DNA of 63,918 nucleotides, counting the filler, from Octopus bimaculoides (lineage: Eukaryota), in assembly GCF_001194135.2 (NCBI RefSeq). It is 7 parts of 7 records of this genome, joined end to end, with 100 filler letters (N's around TTAATTAATTAA, not from the genome) between each part and the next. Parts side by side here need not be neighbours in the genome. Positions count along the whole stretch, not along the records: positions 57,935 to 62,799 come from NC_068996.1; positions 62,900 to 63,918 come from NW_026422383.1; 5 more parts are not named here. One strand, 5' to 3'. The notes below the pieces were generated by a model. It was not told the DNA's origin, ran no database searches, and saw nothing but the letters and a program-made list of their open reading frames with translations. Position numbers and translations under genes: made by a program. Shown here one piece after another: positions 61,216-63,918 of the stretch; the stretch's first letter is position 1, and each line of letters begins with the position of its first letter.

Positions 61216-61959
61216 ATAATATATAACATACAGTTCATGAATTTTCATGTTTTCATTTGTTGGGGAGGTTAACAGTCGCCTTGAATGAGGTTGGTCCTCA
61301 AGCAACAAGTGACCAGTGGTGGCTCATAAATAAAATTAATGGGGATGCTGCTTCAGAAAATTTTTAGCCGTTGTTTTAATATTGTGTAAAAGGAAACAAA
61401 CATATAAAAAGAAAATTTATACATAAACTTGATGGATCCACGTTTTAGCCACTGCCGGGTAGTGTGTTTAATTTGTTCACTAAACACCACTGTGAATTCC
61501 CCCTCATTTTTCAAAAATCCCCCCTAAATCACAAAATAAGGTGGGGAAATGTGCCCTATTTTTCAAATCCTGGTAGCAACACTGAAGCTGGAAGCAGGAT
61601 AATAATCTAATTCTACACTTCATCACATTCAAGAATATAAACACGTTTATAAGCACAACACACGCGGAGTAAAAAAAAAGACACTACCTTTCACCCAGCA
61701 CTGTCATTCACGCAGTGTTCTCTCTCCCTTATGTGAAGCTTCCTATCTCAGACATATGAACATGCGCACAACAGCTGAACACTGCGTCACTGGAACTGTG
61801 AAGCATGCAGTTCTATACAAGGTTTTTTGTTTTTTTCTCATAAATTAGGGGATGGCTACTGACATTAAGCTAAGGATTATATAACGTATAAATATAAAGA
61901 AAGAATTTTAAAAAAAAAGGACTCGTTATATTGAATGATATCGATAATATTCTTTTCTA

Positions 61960-62165
61960 CTCTAGGCACAAGGCTCGAAATTTTGGGAGAGGGGGCCAGT
62001 TGATTAGATCGTCCCCAGTACACAACTGGTACTTAATTTACCGACTCGGAAAAGATGAACGGCAAAGTTGACGTCGGCAGAATTTGAACTCAGAATGTAA
62101 AGACCAACTAAATACCACTAAGCATTTCACCCGGTATGCTAACATTTCTGCCAGCTCGCCGCCTT
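61960..62165 (-). mobile_element. SINE family 1 copy
   Basis: AAGGCGGCGAGCTGGCAGAAATGTTAGC head through the CTTGTGCCTAGAGTAG tail. Confidence 0.85.
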
Positions 62166-62248
62166 GTCAATGCTATCAATAATATTGAGTGGAAATAGGG
62201 GCTGCTGCAGTTCCACAGTTCCTATACACAAGCCACCGCTGCAAGTGG

Positions 62249-62349
62249 CCTTGTAAGCTGTTTGAAGCATGAGAACTTTTTCGGCAGCTGTTTCCCCCCA
62301 GCTGAAAACAGAATTTCACAGAAGCATGCTATTCCTTCATTTCAGCCAT
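62249..62349 (-). mobile_element. Mariner transposase start
   Basis: MAEMKE*HASVKFCFQLGETAAEKVLMLQTAYK matches the mariner N-terminus QRxxIKFCFKLGKTAxET..ML..AY. Confidence 0.65.
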
Positions 62350-62583
62350 CTCAAAAATCAATGAACAGGGGAGAAGCACTGCAAAACAAAGACACACCAC
62401 ATGGCAGTAAGACCTCAGCAGACAATGTCTGTTGACAGACTGATGCCTGAGGTTTGCATCAAGTGGCTCCTAGTGGTAGAAACCTGAACTATGACAGGCT
62501 TGTCCCACAGTTACAGTACAGTTACTTTTTAGTACCCACTTGTATATATATTTCTGTTTATGTGTATATGTGTATGTGTATAC

Positions 62584-62799
62584 ATCATCATCATCATCAT
62601 CATCATCGTTTAACGTCCGCTTTCCATGCTAGCATGGGTTGGACGATTTGACTGAGGACTGGTGAAACCGGATGGCAACACCAGACTCCAGTCTAATTTG
62701 GCAGAGTTTCTACAGCTGGATGCCCTTCCTAACGCCAACCACTCAGAGAGTGTAGTGGGTGCTTTTACGTGTCACCCGCACGAAAACGGCCACTCTCGA
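62584..62799 (-). mobile_element. Young SINE family 4 copy
   Basis: About 4 differences from 25848-26085 over ~190 bp. Confidence 0.9.
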
Positions 62800-63881
62800 N
62801 NNNNNNNNNNNNNNNNNNNNNNNNNNNNNNNNNNNNNNNNNNNTTAATTAATTAANNNNNNNNNNNNNNNNNNNNNNNNNNNNNNNNNNNNNNNNNNNNT
62901 TTCGTTAATGAAAAATGTGGCCCCCGTTTTAAAAAAGATCCTTACTTTGTGTATCAGCTTAAAAAAATATATAAACACTATTAAACTGTAGTTTAGCAGA
63001 CAATTTTTAAAGTTTCACTGATACAGTAAGTGTTCAATAACTGAGAGAGAAATAGATTGTAACATTTAGCAAGATATTATATAGAGAAGTGCATTTTATA
63101 CTTCCCTTTAACCCTTTGACTATGTAATTAAATTATATTGTCATTCTTATAATGATATTAATTATCCACCAAAAATGAGAATTGGTATTTTCTTCTTCTG
63201 CGATACTCTTTCAGTATCTCCTGTCGGTACAGTTTTAATATCCATAGCTAAAAGAGATATTTGATGAAATATGTAAAAAAACAATTAAGAAAATCTGAAA
63301 AATTCTTTTGTAGAATGTGTCACTGGGGGTGTCTCCACCTCTCACAGCAAAAGAAGTTTTTCCAGAGCTATTGGATAAAACTGTTTTCTGCAGTTAATGG
63401 CAATAAAATTTTGAGTGGATACATGTTTTCCATGTTCAAAAGGTTAAAATGGAAAAGCTTGGTTTTGGATGTGTAAGAAAAAACACAATGACCAAACCTT
63501 TTTTCCTTTTCTATAGAGGTGGGCGTGCATGGATGAAATAATACTGGTTTAGTTGGAATTAATATCATAGGAAATAACTTAAATAGACCAATAGCATGGA
63601 TTTAAATAATTAAATGAAAGGGTATGTACTAGATACCGTATGAAAAAAGAAAACATTTCTAAGCCCCAGGCTGATCAAAGGCTTGTGAATAGATTTGGTA
63701 GACAGAAACTGAAAGAAAACCATCATCACATTTGTGTTGTGTTTGTTTTTGTCACTGTCCTTAATGTTCGTTTACTAGAAGTGAACAATATTGTTGCTAA
63801 GGGCATGAAATTGTAATGTGAGAATTTTCCATTTGTTCCTTTGTTGTATTTCTTTTTAAATTTTGGAACTTATAAGTTTAT

Positions 63882-63918
<37 letters not shown>

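Overview
Repeat-dense, AT-rich animal DNA with many N gaps. The SINE families and microsatellite load look like an octopus genome (recognised from memory, not searched). No intact host protein-coding gene is visible. The window is a layered set of decayed mobile elements: two hAT transposons with TIRs and 8-bp TSDs, a near full-length RTE/BovB-like LINE, a near full-length Penelope-like element (PLE) with pseudo-LTRs, a second PLE 3' fragment, R4/Dong-like REL retrotransposon pieces, a full-length decayed Ty3/Gypsy element, a non-autonomous Helitron, mariner scraps, several SINE families and foldback/MITE-like inverted repeats. A ~14 kb TE-poor island (26.3-40.1 kb) holds only candidate exons. 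The most notable items are: (1) a sequence-complete minimal hammerhead ribozyme with a palindromic helix III behind a PLE ORF (49639-49676), plus a degenerate one at 14045-14091; (2) an LTR-56 bp-truncated LTR insertion that splits the large PLE; (3) a foldback structure whose arms are built from tandem SINE-tail monomers; (4) a ~360-bp near-perfect hairpin.
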